Positions 30,169-40,885 of a stretch of 64,000 nucleotides of DNA are shown here, piece by piece. Under the pieces are notes generated by a model that saw nothing but the letters and a program-made list of their open reading frames with translations, did not search any database and was not told the DNA's origin. How positions within the stretch are numbered: position 1 is the stretch's first letter; each line of letters begins with the position of its first letter. The stretch lies in contig CAXXLZ010000002.1 of NCBI GenBank assembly GCA_963675595.2, positions 2,496,001 to 2,560,000 on the forward strand, read 5' to 3'. Source of the stretch: Thermodesulfobacteriota bacterium. GTDB lineage: Bacteria; Desulfobacterota; Desulfarculia; JACQYL01. A program made the translations under genes and the position numbers.

Positions 30169-30890
30169 GCCTCATTCTCCCCTGGAAATAATTCCGTGAA
30201 ACGGTGAAGAATTGGAAAAGGAAACTCTTTGTGATGAATTTGGATTAAAGATGAAGATACTTGAAGCGCGTCGGATGGGTCAAGACTCGAAGTCCGAAGT
30301 TACGCCTTAGGCGAGCACCGTCGCCCGAGATTCCGAAAGAATACTTCGATCGCCGTGTCCCCGAGAAGGAGCTCTTACGAAGCGGGTTCCCACTTTCGCC
30401 GCGTGAATCCCGTTACACTCAGCGGAACAATGTTCCGCGGTCCCAAAAACACACGCTTGCCTCTCCTTCATCGTTATTGTAGAGGTCAGTCGGTGCCCGC
30501 ATTTCATCGACCCGATGGGTCGTGATGCTTCATCATGGGCCTCAAGACCGTGTTTACGACCGGTACGGAAGGGGAATTCGCCAAGATCATCCGCATACGG
30601 GTCACCGGCCGCACGTCGATACATGGGAAGGACCCCGATATTTTCCAATCCCGGGCTGTTGTCGGCACCCGGCACGTACCGTAGACGTGCCATGCTCGAC
30701 TCAGCATGTGTCTCTAACAAACGTTTCATCTCCGTGTTGACGCTGCTGTTCAGGATGAATTACTGTGGATCGCGAAGGGGACTCGAAGTTCCGCATTTCT
30801 GTGACCGCCAATGATTAATAGGGCCGTGTTGAGTCGAAAACGCGGCGGACGGTGTATAATCCGGGCACATTGCCTTGGAGGAGAGAAGAC

Positions 30891-31340
30891 GTGTCTAAAT
30901 GCGCATTGTTTCTTGCCTGTATAATTATGTGCTCGGCTGGATGGAGCATGGCCTCGGCCGACAACGGCGATTTTGTGGGCAGTGTGAAAACCGCCGAGGG
31001 GGAGGCCCGAGTCGAGCGGGCCGGCAAACTGCTTTCAGCCCGGGCCAAAATGAAGCTCAATATCGGCGACAAATTGGTCACCGGCCCCGACGGCAGTATG
31101 GGAATTCTGTTGCGCGACAACACTTCGCTGTCCTTGGGGCCCAAAAGCGAGTTGGCTATTGACGAATTCCTTTTCACACCGGCCCAGTCCAAACTGAGTC
31201 TGGTCGCCAGGATAACCAGGGGCACCGCGAGTTATATTTCGGGAAAGATCGGCCGGCTGTCCCCCAAGTCGGTGCGTCTGGAAACCCCCGACGCCACTAT
31301 CGGCATCCGCGGCACCAAGCTGCTTATCAAAGTTGATTAG
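30891..31340 (+). CDS. Periplasmic FecR-domain protein
   Basis: RBS GGAGG with GTG start; signal peptide; GDKLVTGPDG, LSLGPKS, TPDATIGIRGT. Confidence 0.85.
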   Translation: MSKCALFLACIIMCSAGWSMASADNGDFVGSVKTAEGEARVERAGKLLSARAKMKLNIGDKLVTGPDGSMGILLRDNTSLSLGPKSELAIDEFLFTPAQSKLSLVARITRGTASYISGKIGRLSPKSVRLETPDATIGIRGTKLLIKVD

Positions 31341-31384
31341 AATTTCACGGTCTACGGATCAGAGGTAACTTATCCGGGGGTAAT

Positions 31385-31990
31385 TTGGTGTTAAGATGGG
31401 TGCCTATCATATTTCCCGCAGTCCTGCTGTTGGCCGCCTTCGCCGGTTGCGGGAGCAGTACCGTGGTGCTGATGCCCGACCGCGATGGGCATGTGGGCGA
31501 GGCCGTTGTGACGAACCAGGGCGGCTCTCAAATACTAGACAAACCTTATCAAGCAACTTCAATTTCCGGAATTGGTTCGGCTCCGACCCAACCCGCGCTG
31601 ATGGAGCAAAGCGAGATCGAGCGGGATTTCGCGCGTGCCCTTGCCGCCGAACCCGACCCGCCGGTTGTCTTCATATTCTATTTCAACGTCGATTTCAGCG
31701 AATTGACCCCCGAATACCTTTCTCTTTTGCCCAACGTGTTGGCGGCAATCAAGAAACGTGACTCAGTGGACATCAGCATCGTGGGTCATTGTGACACCGC
31801 TGGAGCCAATTCCTACAACTTCCTCCTGTCCAAGCGCCGTGCCGAAAACTTGGCTCACATCTTGACTGAACGAGGGGTGGACGAATCCACTCTGTCGATT
31901 TCCTGGCACGGTGAGAACGATCCTCTGATAAAGACAGGTGACAATATCTTTGAGCCCCGCAACCGCCGAGTAGAAATAACCGTGCGATAG
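31385..31990 (+). CDS. OmpA-family peptidoglycan-binding lipoprotein
   Basis: Lipobox FAGC; IVGHCD, NFLLSKRRA, NRRVEI. Confidence 0.88.
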   Translation: MVLRWVPIIFPAVLLLAAFAGCGSSTVVLMPDRDGHVGEAVVTNQGGSQILDKPYQATSISGIGSAPTQPALMEQSEIERDFARALAAEPDPPVVFIFYFNVDFSELTPEYLSLLPNVLAAIKKRDSVDISIVGHCDTAGANSYNFLLSKRRAENLAHILTERGVDESTLSISWHGENDPLIKTGDNIFEPRNRRVEITVR

Positions 31991-33538
31991 TCGGCGTGCG
32001 CCACTCCCGGGTACACGATGGGAATTAAGAAAAGTCATGCCTTTACCCTCGCCTTGGGAACCGGTTTGACCCTGTTGATGGCGGCCATGTACCTGTTCCC
32101 CCCCCACTTTGTAATTTTTTTGGAGAACAAAACCTACGACTCCATGCTCAGGTCACTGCACCATACTCGCACGAGCGGGCACGTGGTCATCGTGGACATT
32201 GACGATGCCAGCCTCGCCAAGTACGGACAGTGGCCATGGCCACGCTACAAGGTGGCCTCCCTGTTGGAGAGAATTAAACAGGGGGGCGCCATAAGCGTTG
32301 CCTTGGACATGATTTTCGCGGAACCGGACCGGACCTCCCTGAGCAGCATGCGGGAACGGTTCAAGCGCGACCTGGGATTCGACCTGCGAATCGAAGGCGC
32401 GCCGGATGAATTCAAGAACAGTGACCATCACCTCGCTCGAACTTTAAGTAGCGGCCCTTTTGTCCTGGCCTTTTATTTTTCACATCAGGACGGCCTGCCA
32501 AGCCCAGCCGATTGTCTGCTTCACCCGCTCAACACCTTGATCAAAGAATCCCCAGACGCCGCAACCCCGGCGCGATCGCTCTACACTCCCCGCGGAGTGG
32601 TGTGCAGCCTCAAGCCGCTGGTCGAGGCGGTTTCCCGATCGGGGTACATTGACGCTTTGCCCGACCCCGACGGCATATATCGCCGAATACCACTGATGAT
32701 GGAGTTTCAAGGTCAAACCTACCCGAGCTTGGCCCTGGCGGCGCTTTTGGAAGCCATGGGAAGCCATCAGGTGCTCATGGAACTTACGGCTGACGGCATT
32801 GATTCGCTTAGGGTGGGCGACACCCGGATCCCCCTGGGCCCCTTGGGCACCATGCTCATCCACTACCGGGGCGGCAACCGCACCTTCAAACACGTTTCCG
32901 CCGCAGATATACTCGACGGCGGGGCCTCTCCGGAGGTACTAAAAGATAAGATCGTGTTCGTCGGCACCTCGGCGTCGGGCTTGCACGACATCAAAGCGAC
33001 CCCCCTGAACCCGGCGTTCAGCGGTGTGGAAATCAATGCCACCATTGTAGACAACATTCTGGAGAGGGACTTCCTGAGCTCCCCGACGTGGGTCGGGGGC
33101 CTGGAAGTGTTGATGATATTGCTGCTGGGGCTGTTGTCCACCGTACTATTGACCTGGGCGCGGACGACATGGGGTCTGCTGAGCGTCTTGGCCGCGGGGA
33201 CGGCTCTATGGGGAGCAAGCTGTTGGCTCATGGAAAATGAGAGCCTTGTGCTTTCACCGCTGATACCCCTGATGACACTGGGCGTCAATTTGACCTGCCT
33301 AGTCAGTTGCCGCAGCCTATTCGAGGAATTGCGGGGCCGAAAGCGCGCCGCCGATTTGATTCGAACGCAAAGCCTGACCATTATAAAAATCGCCGCCTTG
33401 GCCGAATACCGCGATCCCGAAACCGGCGGGCATATCCTGCGCACCCAGCACTACGTCAAACGTTTGGCCCAGCAGCTTAGCGCCAACCCACGCTTCAAGT
33501 CCCGGTTGTCCGATGAAGTCATCGAAGACATGTTCAAA

Positions 33539-35369
33539 CTGATCTTTGACAGTTCAAAAAAACTAATGCAGTAATTTCAGCTGCTTATACGAAAAAGAAA
33601 GGTTTATGGCACTACGTTTTGGTGCTCCTGGAGAGTCTGCAAAGTGGGCGGCGGTTTGAGGCCGACGGCTTGGAAGATGTGGTAGGCGCGGCCCTGGAAT
33701 TCCGTTCTGAGGAGGTAGGACTTCTCCGTGACCTGTAGATGGATGGCTTTGAAGGCTTCGAGGTCCAGGAGAACTTGGTCCCAGGGGATGTCGATTTCTT
33801 TGGTCTTGAGCTGTTTCTGCAGCGCGATCTTCAGGTATAGGGCCAGGAAATTGCAGAAGATGTGACCTTGAACGCGTTGACACCGTTGGTGGAACACGGG
33901 CCTGACTTCCAGGGCCGATTTGAGGTCCCGGAAGGCTCTTTCCACCTGCCACAGGCGTTTGTAGGTGACCGCGACTTCATCGGCGGGAATGTCGGTACTG
34001 GTGAGGAGAACATACTTGCCGTCGAAGCGGGCGTCGTCCTTGACCTTGGCGGGATCGATGCGCACGGTTTCCCGGTCGAGCTTGATGAATTTCCTGAAGC
34101 CCTTGTTTCCCACCAGAGACTGGGGCCCCTGTTTTTTCAGGGTGGTTTTCAGTTTTTCCACAAGGGCCGATCGGGTGGCCTCGTCTTTGGCCGCTTGGTC
34201 TTGGTTGTAACAGAGGACGTAACGGCATCCGTTCAGATGAATCTCCTTGAACCACAAGGTGGGAGTGAGCGCTTGGTAGTAGCCCGGAGTGTCCACCACT
34301 TGGCCTCGGACATCCTGGTAACGGCGCATGGGGATGCCCACGATGTAGTCGATACCGGCACGCTCCAGTTCCACCAGATTGTCGACGCCGACCATGCCGC
34401 GGTCCGAGACCAGGACCACGTTGTTCAGGGAGAACCGACGCTTGACCAGGGCGATGATGCGTTTGATGGTGGTGACGTCCGCCGTGTTCCCTTCCCAGAA
34501 CTGACAGGAAAGGGGATATCCTTTTCGGGACATGACCACACCCACCAACACCTGTTTGCGGTCTGGACGATGGTCCTTGGAGAACCCGTACCGAGCCAAC
34601 TCGGCAGGCCCCCGGCCCTCGAAGTAGACCGAGGTGGTGTCGAAGAAAACGAGATCCACCCCGTAATCGAAGAGGTCGCGCCCCCGACGGAAAAGTTCCT
34701 TCTCGATTTCGGGCTGATATTCGGCCAGGAAATCCATGGATCGATAGAGGTGCTGAAGTTCCAGGTCGTCGAAGCCTTCACCGTGGACGTTCTGAATCCA
34801 ACGGCTCGCGGCGAGATCGGATCCCGGACGGACCAAGCGTTGGCAGACACAGGCAAAGACCGCGCGCTCCAGATCGAAGCGATAATCGGAGCGAGAAGCG
34901 AGAGATCGGAGTACCACATCGAGCCCCAAGGTCTTCCAGAGTTTCTCGATCACCAGAACGGTTCCCCAGGACTTGGCCCAGTCTGCCTTGACACTACCTT
35001 CCTTATAAAGATTGATGACTTGATTCCGGGTGGAGAACTTGGCGAGACTGGTAAGAACCCCGTCCAAGGCACCCGATTCACGGAGCTTGTCGAGACGACC
35101 CAGTGTACATATAACTTTCTGTTTTACCTTCTTATCCTGGCGATAGTTCTCCACGATCTGAAGATATTCATGCTCGGATCCGCCGCTTTTGACCTTTTTG
35201 ACGCGTGCAAACATGAAACAAATTGTACGGAATACAGGTCGGCGGAGTCAAGGAAAAAATCGGACATATTGGCACTACGTTTGGAGCCTCGGAAAAAGGC
35301 CAGCCTAATCATTTCGGTAAGTTAGGCGGGAGAGGCCCACTTTTTCACCCTCCAACTGTCAAAGATGAG
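33539..35369. mobile_element. IS1634-family insertion sequence (1831 bp)
   Basis: 16-bp terminal IRs CTGATCTTTGACAGTT / AACTGTCAAAGATGAG (1 mismatch); 5-bp target duplication TCAAA at 33534-33538 and 35370-35374. Confidence 0.93.
33604..35214 (-). CDS. IS1634-family DDE transposase, intact
   Basis: YLQIVENYR, FFDTTSVYFEG, GFSKDHRPD, VSDRG, YKRLWQVERAFRDLK. Confidence 0.93.
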   Translation of the reverse strand: MFARVKKVKSGGSEHEYLQIVENYRQDKKVKQKVICTLGRLDKLRESGALDGVLTSLAKFSTRNQVINLYKEGSVKADWAKSWGTVLVIEKLWKTLGLDVVLRSLASRSDYRFDLERAVFACVCQRLVRPGSDLAASRWIQNVHGEGFDDLELQHLYRSMDFLAEYQPEIEKELFRRGRDLFDYGVDLVFFDTTSVYFEGRGPAELARYGFSKDHRPDRKQVLVGVVMSRKGYPLSCQFWEGNTADVTTIKRIIALVKRRFSLNNVVLVSDRGMVGVDNLVELERAGIDYIVGIPMRRYQDVRGQVVDTPGYYQALTPTLWFKEIHLNGCRYVLCYNQDQAAKDEATRSALVEKLKTTLKKQGPQSLVGNKGFRKFIKLDRETVRIDPAKVKDDARFDGKYVLLTSTDIPADEVAVTYKRLWQVERAFRDLKSALEVRPVFHQRCQRVQGHIFCNFLALYLKIALQKQLKTKEIDIPWDQVLLDLEAFKAIHLQVTEKSYLLRTEFQGRAYHIFQAVGLKPPPTLQTLQEHQNVVP

Positions 35370-36613
35370 TCAAAATGGCTCCCTTGCACGACATCGGCAA
35401 GGTTGGAATCCCCGATGCCATTCTGCTCAAACCCGACCGATTGACCGATGATGAATATGAGATAATGAAGGAGCACACCAAACTTGGGGCGGAAATCCTC
35501 GCGGTGGACGGTCAAGGGTCCAATGTCGGCGGCTTTCTAAAAATCGCCGAAGAAATTGCCTTATGTCACCATGAGAAGTGGGACGGGACCGGCTACCCCA
35601 GAGGTTTGAAAGGCGAGGACATCCCTTTGCCCGGGTGCATCATGGCTTTGGCCGACGTTTATGATGCTTTGATCAGCAAACGTTATTACAAACCACCTTT
35701 CAGCCATGAAAAGGCAATGGGAATCATCAAAGACGGCAAGGGGACCCACTTCCACCCCGACGTGGTGGATGCGTTTTTAGAGATAAACGAAGAATTCAGA
35801 GCAATATCCCTTAATTTTACCGATACCGAAGAATAATATGTCGAAACCTGTCTATTTCTGGGATCCGTTCACAGTCTCTGGAACGAGAAAGCCTTGCGGC
35901 AAAGTGACCACGCAAGCCGGCGATATTCAGCAACAATAGTCGAGTCCTTCACGCTCGTTACGCTGCAGGATTGCCCAACGTCCGTACCTATTTTCTTTAT
36001 CCCGATGTTTAAAAGGTCCTTCTCTCGCCGTCGGCCCGACTTCAACCCGACATGACCCCAAAAAAGGTTTCCGATACGAACCGAAGCCGAGGGCAATCTG
36101 GACGGTCCCTTCAGCCACGCTGTTTGAGGGAACGGTAATCGATGGTCTTGCAAATCTTGTTGCCGATTCTTTTTTCCGGCATCTCCTGTATTTCGGCTTC
36201 GGTGGCAATTTGACCGATGGTATTCGCCTGTTGGAACAACTTCAAAAAGGCGGGCTCTCCCACCAGACTTAACAAGCAGCATCGGCGCCCGCCCCTTTTT
36301 TGGTCCCAAACGACCGTACCTGAAAATGAAATCATGTGTCGCCCGCTCCCCAAGACCGGTATGCAGCGCGGTGCCGTCGGTGGGCCCGAGGGTCCGCAAG
36401 GGCACTCCGGATCATCGACCTATTCTGACGTTGCTCGGGCCCCGATGTGGATCTGATCTTTGCCTGAATCTCTTGTCGAATAAGAGCTGAAACGCTCGCC
36501 GTGAACTGTCACACACACACCCGGCATAGTCTCCCAAATAGTACACCGGATTGCTCTTCAGCGTTCAAATCGGCATTCAGCCCCTGCCGGAATCCCGTTC
36601 CCACCGGGACGGC

Positions 36614-37993
36614 TTATCCCGCCGGAATGCCGAACAGGGTGACGGCAAGGCAGACCAGGGCAAGAAAGCCGTATGCCGGCGTCCTGCTTTTTGGGGAATC
36701 AACGGAAGGAACGCGTTTCACAACCAACACGGCGACGACGCACTGTAAGGCATAGTAAAGGGCGAAGGCCCTGGAGGCGTAGCTGATGATCTCATACACA
36801 TTCGTGACCCACGTGATTGCGATGGCGGCCGCGGAAACGATCATATAATTGAATCCGGAGTGAATCCTGCTTCTGAAGATCGATTCCAGCAGGCCGGAAC
36901 ACCCGGCGTCATCGGCCGTGGCCGCCGAGAACTGGCTTCCGAGAGCGGTGAGTGTGATCAAGAGCGGCAAGATGGGTGCAACGGCTCCGGAAAGGCCGAC
37001 GATGGCTGTGATGCCCGTGTCCCCTCCCGCACCGGTCTTGTTCATGACCACCGTCATAAGCGCGACAAACACGATGTAGATCGCCGATGAAATGAGTTGC
37101 GCCCATCGCATGGTCCGGATGCGCTCCTCCCTCGGATGCTCGGACCCCAGAAAACGGGAGGTCTCGAAACCCTGCACCACGATGAGCATACCCATGAGAA
37201 GGCGGATGATATGGGACTTGTCCGACGGAAGCGCGACGGTGTGGAGTTGCCAAGCGCCGTCGCTCAGGGAAACAATGTTGTGATAGATGAGCCCGGCCAA
37301 CAGCGAAGCGATCATGCCTAAATTGATGCCGACCACCGTGCGTTCCACACGTTCGATCCCTTTCAAGCCGCGGATCGCGCCTGTGGCGCCGATTCCCACG
37401 AGTATCAGGGTGACGATGGCTTTGCCGAACCAAGGCTTGTCGGGTGAGACGTTGTGCAGAGCGAAGCTCGCGAGCAGTTGCAGGTAGTAGGACACGGAAA
37501 CGCAGTAGGCTCCCGCAAGTGCGAAGTGAGACGTCTTTTCCAGAAACCTCGCCGCCTCCCCGATTTCAACCCGGTGCGCCATGTTGTGGTGAGCGATGTG
37601 CAGCCTGTGCTCATCCCGCTTCAACTTTCCCGGGGCACCCTTCGTTTCCAGTATCTGTTCACCATAACGAATATTGAACCGGATCACCGAGCCCACGGCA
37701 TAGGCGAGGCAGAGCAAACCCGCCATGGCGAACACGGCATAGTTGCCCACGTTGGTGAAAAGCAACGGCGCGCAGACCAGAAAGCCGCTGCCCATGATGG
37801 AAGCCAGGGGAGTAATGGTGGCTCGCCACGCCGTGGAAGCAACCAGGGGACGAAAAGACAGGAGCATGCCGCCGACCCCTACGGCGGTCACGACGACGAT
37901 GATACTCGAAATCGGGATAGGCCACAAAACGATGCATTCCTCCGAGGGTGTTTCAGGATCGCTGCAAGGCGACGCGAAATCAACGGATTTCAT
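36614..37993 (-). CDS. Polytopic membrane protein, APC-superfamily-like transporter; start uncertain
   Basis: About 12 hydrophobic segments; TM1-like PLASIMGSGFL and TM6-like VQGFETSR. Confidence 0.7.
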   Translation of the reverse strand: MKSVDFASPCSDPETPSEECIVLWPIPISSIIVVVTAVGVGGMLLSFRPLVASTAWRATITPLASIMGSGFLVCAPLLFTNVGNYAVFAMAGLLCLAYAVGSVIRFNIRYGEQILETKGAPGKLKRDEHRLHIAHHNMAHRVEIGEAARFLEKTSHFALAGAYCVSVSYYLQLLASFALHNVSPDKPWFGKAIVTLILVGIGATGAIRGLKGIERVERTVVGINLGMIASLLAGLIYHNIVSLSDGAWQLHTVALPSDKSHIIRLLMGMLIVVQGFETSRFLGSEHPREERIRTMRWAQLISSAIYIVFVALMTVVMNKTGAGGDTGITAIVGLSGAVAPILPLLITLTALGSQFSAATADDAGCSGLLESIFRSRIHSGFNYMIVSAAAIAITWVTNVYEIISYASRAFALYYALQCVVAVLVVKRVPSVDSPKSRTPAYGFLALVCLAVTLFGIPAG

Positions 37994-38093
37994 CGCCGGA
38001 ACTGCCGATTTCGGATGGCCCGGCGGTGGACGAATGCCTCTCGATCAAGAGCGGCGGGAACCGCATCGGCGGCCGGGGATACCCAAGGGAGCC

Positions 38094-38137
38094 AAAGAAA
38101 AACCCGTTGAAATGTTGCCGGCAAATTTCAACGGGTT
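38094..38137 (-). terminator. Intrinsic terminator downstream of the displaced tRNA 3' fragment
   Basis: 13-bp IR AACCCGTTGAAAT/ATTTCAACGGGTT followed on the minus strand by a T-rich tract. Confidence 0.65.
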
Positions 38138-38144
38138 CTGGAAA

Positions 38145-38168
38145 TGCTTTTTGGTGGCGATGCAGGGA
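38145..38168 (-). repeat. att-like direct repeat: duplicate of the tRNA-Met 3' end
   Basis: TGCTTTTTGGTGGCGATGCAGGGA is identical to 43761-43784 (24 bp). Confidence 0.9.
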
Positions 38169-38506
38169 GTCAACCGGAAACGCGTAACCTATTGAACTTA
38201 TTAGTTTGGCCGCACTGAAAAGTGCGGCCAAACCGTCATTCTCTGCACCCTATATACACCCCTCCGCCGCAACTTGCCAACCGCCTTGAGCGATGATGTT
38301 TTCTGGTGAGCATTCAGAGGGGTATCCGAGGGAGTCATTGGTCCCCCCGCAGTACGCCGTGCGAACAAGTACCTCTGTTCACCATCCGCCCGGGCTGAAG
38401 AAAACCAAAAAACATAAGGACCCGACCTCAAGAACTTCCCAATGTCTTGCGAAGACATCGCCTAAATCAATGACACCGAGCATAATATATTCGATGAACC
38501 GGAACC

Positions 38507-40582
38507 TCATGGTTCATTGGGCCATAGAGGACCTTCTTCCTGAGCCTGTTTCATAAGATCCAGAAACTGTGAAGGCTTCACCACCATTATCTTGGACTTA
38601 TCAAGCGCCTCATAAAACGCATTAAAAAGCCCCATAAGGTTATTATTATCAAAATCAGTGCCGCTTAGGTTTCTCACCCCATAAACAGCATAGAAATGAT
38701 GATTGAGATCATACGTATCCGTCAATAATTGACTAGCCAAAAACTGAAGCGTTTTTTCAAGGTCTGAGTAATTCTTCAATGTCGGATTGATAGTAATCAA
38801 AAATTGAGAAGCAGGCTTATCGTATATAAACTTACCAAAAATAGGTGGTATATTTTCATTGCTGCTGGGATGGTAAAAGATACCGTCAAGTTTGTCAATA
38901 ATATTGCCCAAATAGGTATAATTCGACCAGTCGTCCCGTTGAACATCATTACCAAATATCAATGCGGACTTGATTCCCGTACTCACAATAACGTCTGTCA
39001 TCGCATCGAGTTGATAAGCAAACTTCCAAGAGTTTTTATCGATTTCTCCCAGCGTATAACCGATGGTGGACGGTCCCAGCAAAAATTCATCGTTTTCCGT
39101 TGCATTAAGAATGTAGAAATTCCAGACATCCGGTTCCAGATAGTACATTGCCGGCGACATGGTCCATCCGACAGGAAATTTGCCCCTATAAGGACTTCCA
39201 TACCAGACCTTGCTATTCATGTTATTGGTCATAAGTTGAAGGTTATCTCCGTCTGACATAATGAACGTCATATAGGCTTTGGTTTTATCGTAAACAATAG
39301 ACGGATCGGTGTTTTTTGGTACTGGCAACGGTTTGCTGTTTGAGGAACTTAAAAGAGACAGATTCACGGACTGATCGGATGCAACAACAAAATTACCAGT
39401 TAAAGAGGCATGATACACGTAGTCATGCTCAGGCCAATACGAAGGCTTTACACCCCAACCATAAATAGGCAAGGAATAATCACCATTCAATATTGGCGTA
39501 AATCCAAAATAGTATGGAGCTTCATAAAATATCATTCCATTTAGCATGGTTGCATAGTCTCTTGGGCCACCGGCAAGAGTAGGAGTCAAGTTAACAATAA
39601 AGGTTTTGTTCAATTCACTATCATATTTGGTAATAAAATCATCGTACGAAGATATTGATAACACATCGCCTATCTCATTTAGGCCAAGCTCCTCTGCAAT
39701 AGTTATATCATTCTTCGGTAGAGGAATCGCTTTCTTTATTCCACAAAGGGTCACCGACATATTCAAGGTGATATCGAAGTCGTCATAAACAATATATCCT
39801 GATATATAATTCTCGAAATCCTTGACGATATCTTCAACCTGAGTCTTAGGATTAGACACAATTGAAAGAGGGGGGTCCTTCACTTCTGTTAAATAATTCT
39901 TTATTAATAAACTGGAAGTTCTTAACTCGTCGGTATTCTCCTCATCAGGAGGGTAATAATCATTAACTTGTGTTTTATAAAGATAAATTTGTGTACTGCT
40001 TTCTTTCGCTACGATTCCCTGGAGCGTCGTAAGAAGTACAAGGTCGGTATCGCTCATATTCTGAATATTCACAGGATACAACGTATCGACCGTAACAGGG
40101 CCGTTGATGAACGGGTCAAATCCCGCCGTCGGACCCTCTTGCACCGAAACCTGAACGAAATCCGATCCCAAATATGGCCATTCAAGGGTGCCGTCAGGCT
40201 TCTCTAAGGAAAAATAGAAGGTGTAGTCCCCTACCGGCAATGTCCCATCAAAGACCTGATAGTCTACGAGCTTGAACAATGGCGTCCTGGCACTCGGTTT
40301 GATTCCCCGCTCCCATCCATCCGGGTATACATAACTGAACCAGTCTCTCAAGGGTGAAAAGACAGCGTCGGCCGCAATCCACCAATCAGCATCTTGGTCC
40401 ACTTCTTCTCCGGGGTATACACTGACCGTGACGGAAACAGGAGTATCGGAAGATACAACAGCAGCGTCTTTGTCATTTGCCCTAATATCAACGAAAGGAC
40501 GTTCAACAGCGCATACCCGGAGCGAGGGATAAACTTGAAAGCAAAGCAGAAAACAGCAAACGGCAACCAAATATCTTTTCAT
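38507..40582 (-). CDS. Secreted GxGYxYP-family putative glycoside hydrolase with N-terminal Ig-like domain
   Basis: RBS GGAGG; signal peptide; TTLQGIVAK, RDYA, IYGWG, FIMSDGDN, RGKFPVGWTMSP, GPSTIGY; markedly AT-rich. Confidence 0.75.
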   Translation of the reverse strand: MKRYLVAVCCFLLCFQVYPSLRVCAVERPFVDIRANDKDAAVVSSDTPVSVTVSVYPGEEVDQDADWWIAADAVFSPLRDWFSYVYPDGWERGIKPSARTPLFKLVDYQVFDGTLPVGDYTFYFSLEKPDGTLEWPYLGSDFVQVSVQEGPTAGFDPFINGPVTVDTLYPVNIQNMSDTDLVLLTTLQGIVAKESSTQIYLYKTQVNDYYPPDEENTDELRTSSLLIKNYLTEVKDPPLSIVSNPKTQVEDIVKDFENYISGYIVYDDFDITLNMSVTLCGIKKAIPLPKNDITIAEELGLNEIGDVLSISSYDDFITKYDSELNKTFIVNLTPTLAGGPRDYATMLNGMIFYEAPYYFGFTPILNGDYSLPIYGWGVKPSYWPEHDYVYHASLTGNFVVASDQSVNLSLLSSSNSKPLPVPKNTDPSIVYDKTKAYMTFIMSDGDNLQLMTNNMNSKVWYGSPYRGKFPVGWTMSPAMYYLEPDVWNFYILNATENDEFLLGPSTIGYTLGEIDKNSWKFAYQLDAMTDVIVSTGIKSALIFGNDVQRDDWSNYTYLGNIIDKLDGIFYHPSSNENIPPIFGKFIYDKPASQFLITINPTLKNYSDLEKTLQFLASQLLTDTYDLNHHFYAVYGVRNLSGTDFDNNNLMGLFNAFYEALDKSKIMVVKPSQFLDLMKQAQEEGPLWPNEP

Positions 40583-40885
40583 CTCTTACCAACCTCCCTA
40601 AGATCATTTGAATTGAATGCCGACACGGGCAGGCTTCTGCAATGGCTTCATTTCAGAATACCCCTATTCCAATGACTCATAGATGTAACAAAAGTATGAC
40701 ATGTGAGTCAATGAAATTGAGCCTCAAGCTCAATAGTGGATTTTGCTTAAATACCGAAAAGCGAATGATCCCGGACGATTAACTTTATCGAACCTAAACA
40801 TAGATATTCGTGATGTGAACTTTACCCAACTCACGGCTTACCCTCTGCTCTCCAGCGTATCAGGAACACTACGAGCTCTAATAAA

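Larger units (their letters stand above)
32018..35836 (+). pseudogene. CHASE2-TM-HD-GYP c-di-GMP phosphodiesterase interrupted by IS1634
   Basis: CHASE2 (VIVDID, GQWPWPR, DPDGIYR), three TMs, AEYRDPETGGH upstream of the IS; APLHDIGK, HHEKWDGTGYP, ADVYDAL downstream; removing the IS and one TCAAA restores DMFKMAPLHD in frame. Confidence 0.92.

Noticed and set aside
30261-30814. Short overlapping ORFs (e.g. 30307-30729 minus)
   Set aside because: No recognisable motifs or well-spaced RBS; left unannotated.
35869-36600. ORF fragments between the HD-GYP gene and the transporter
   Set aside because: Possibly a decayed gene, but no family could be recognised in any frame.
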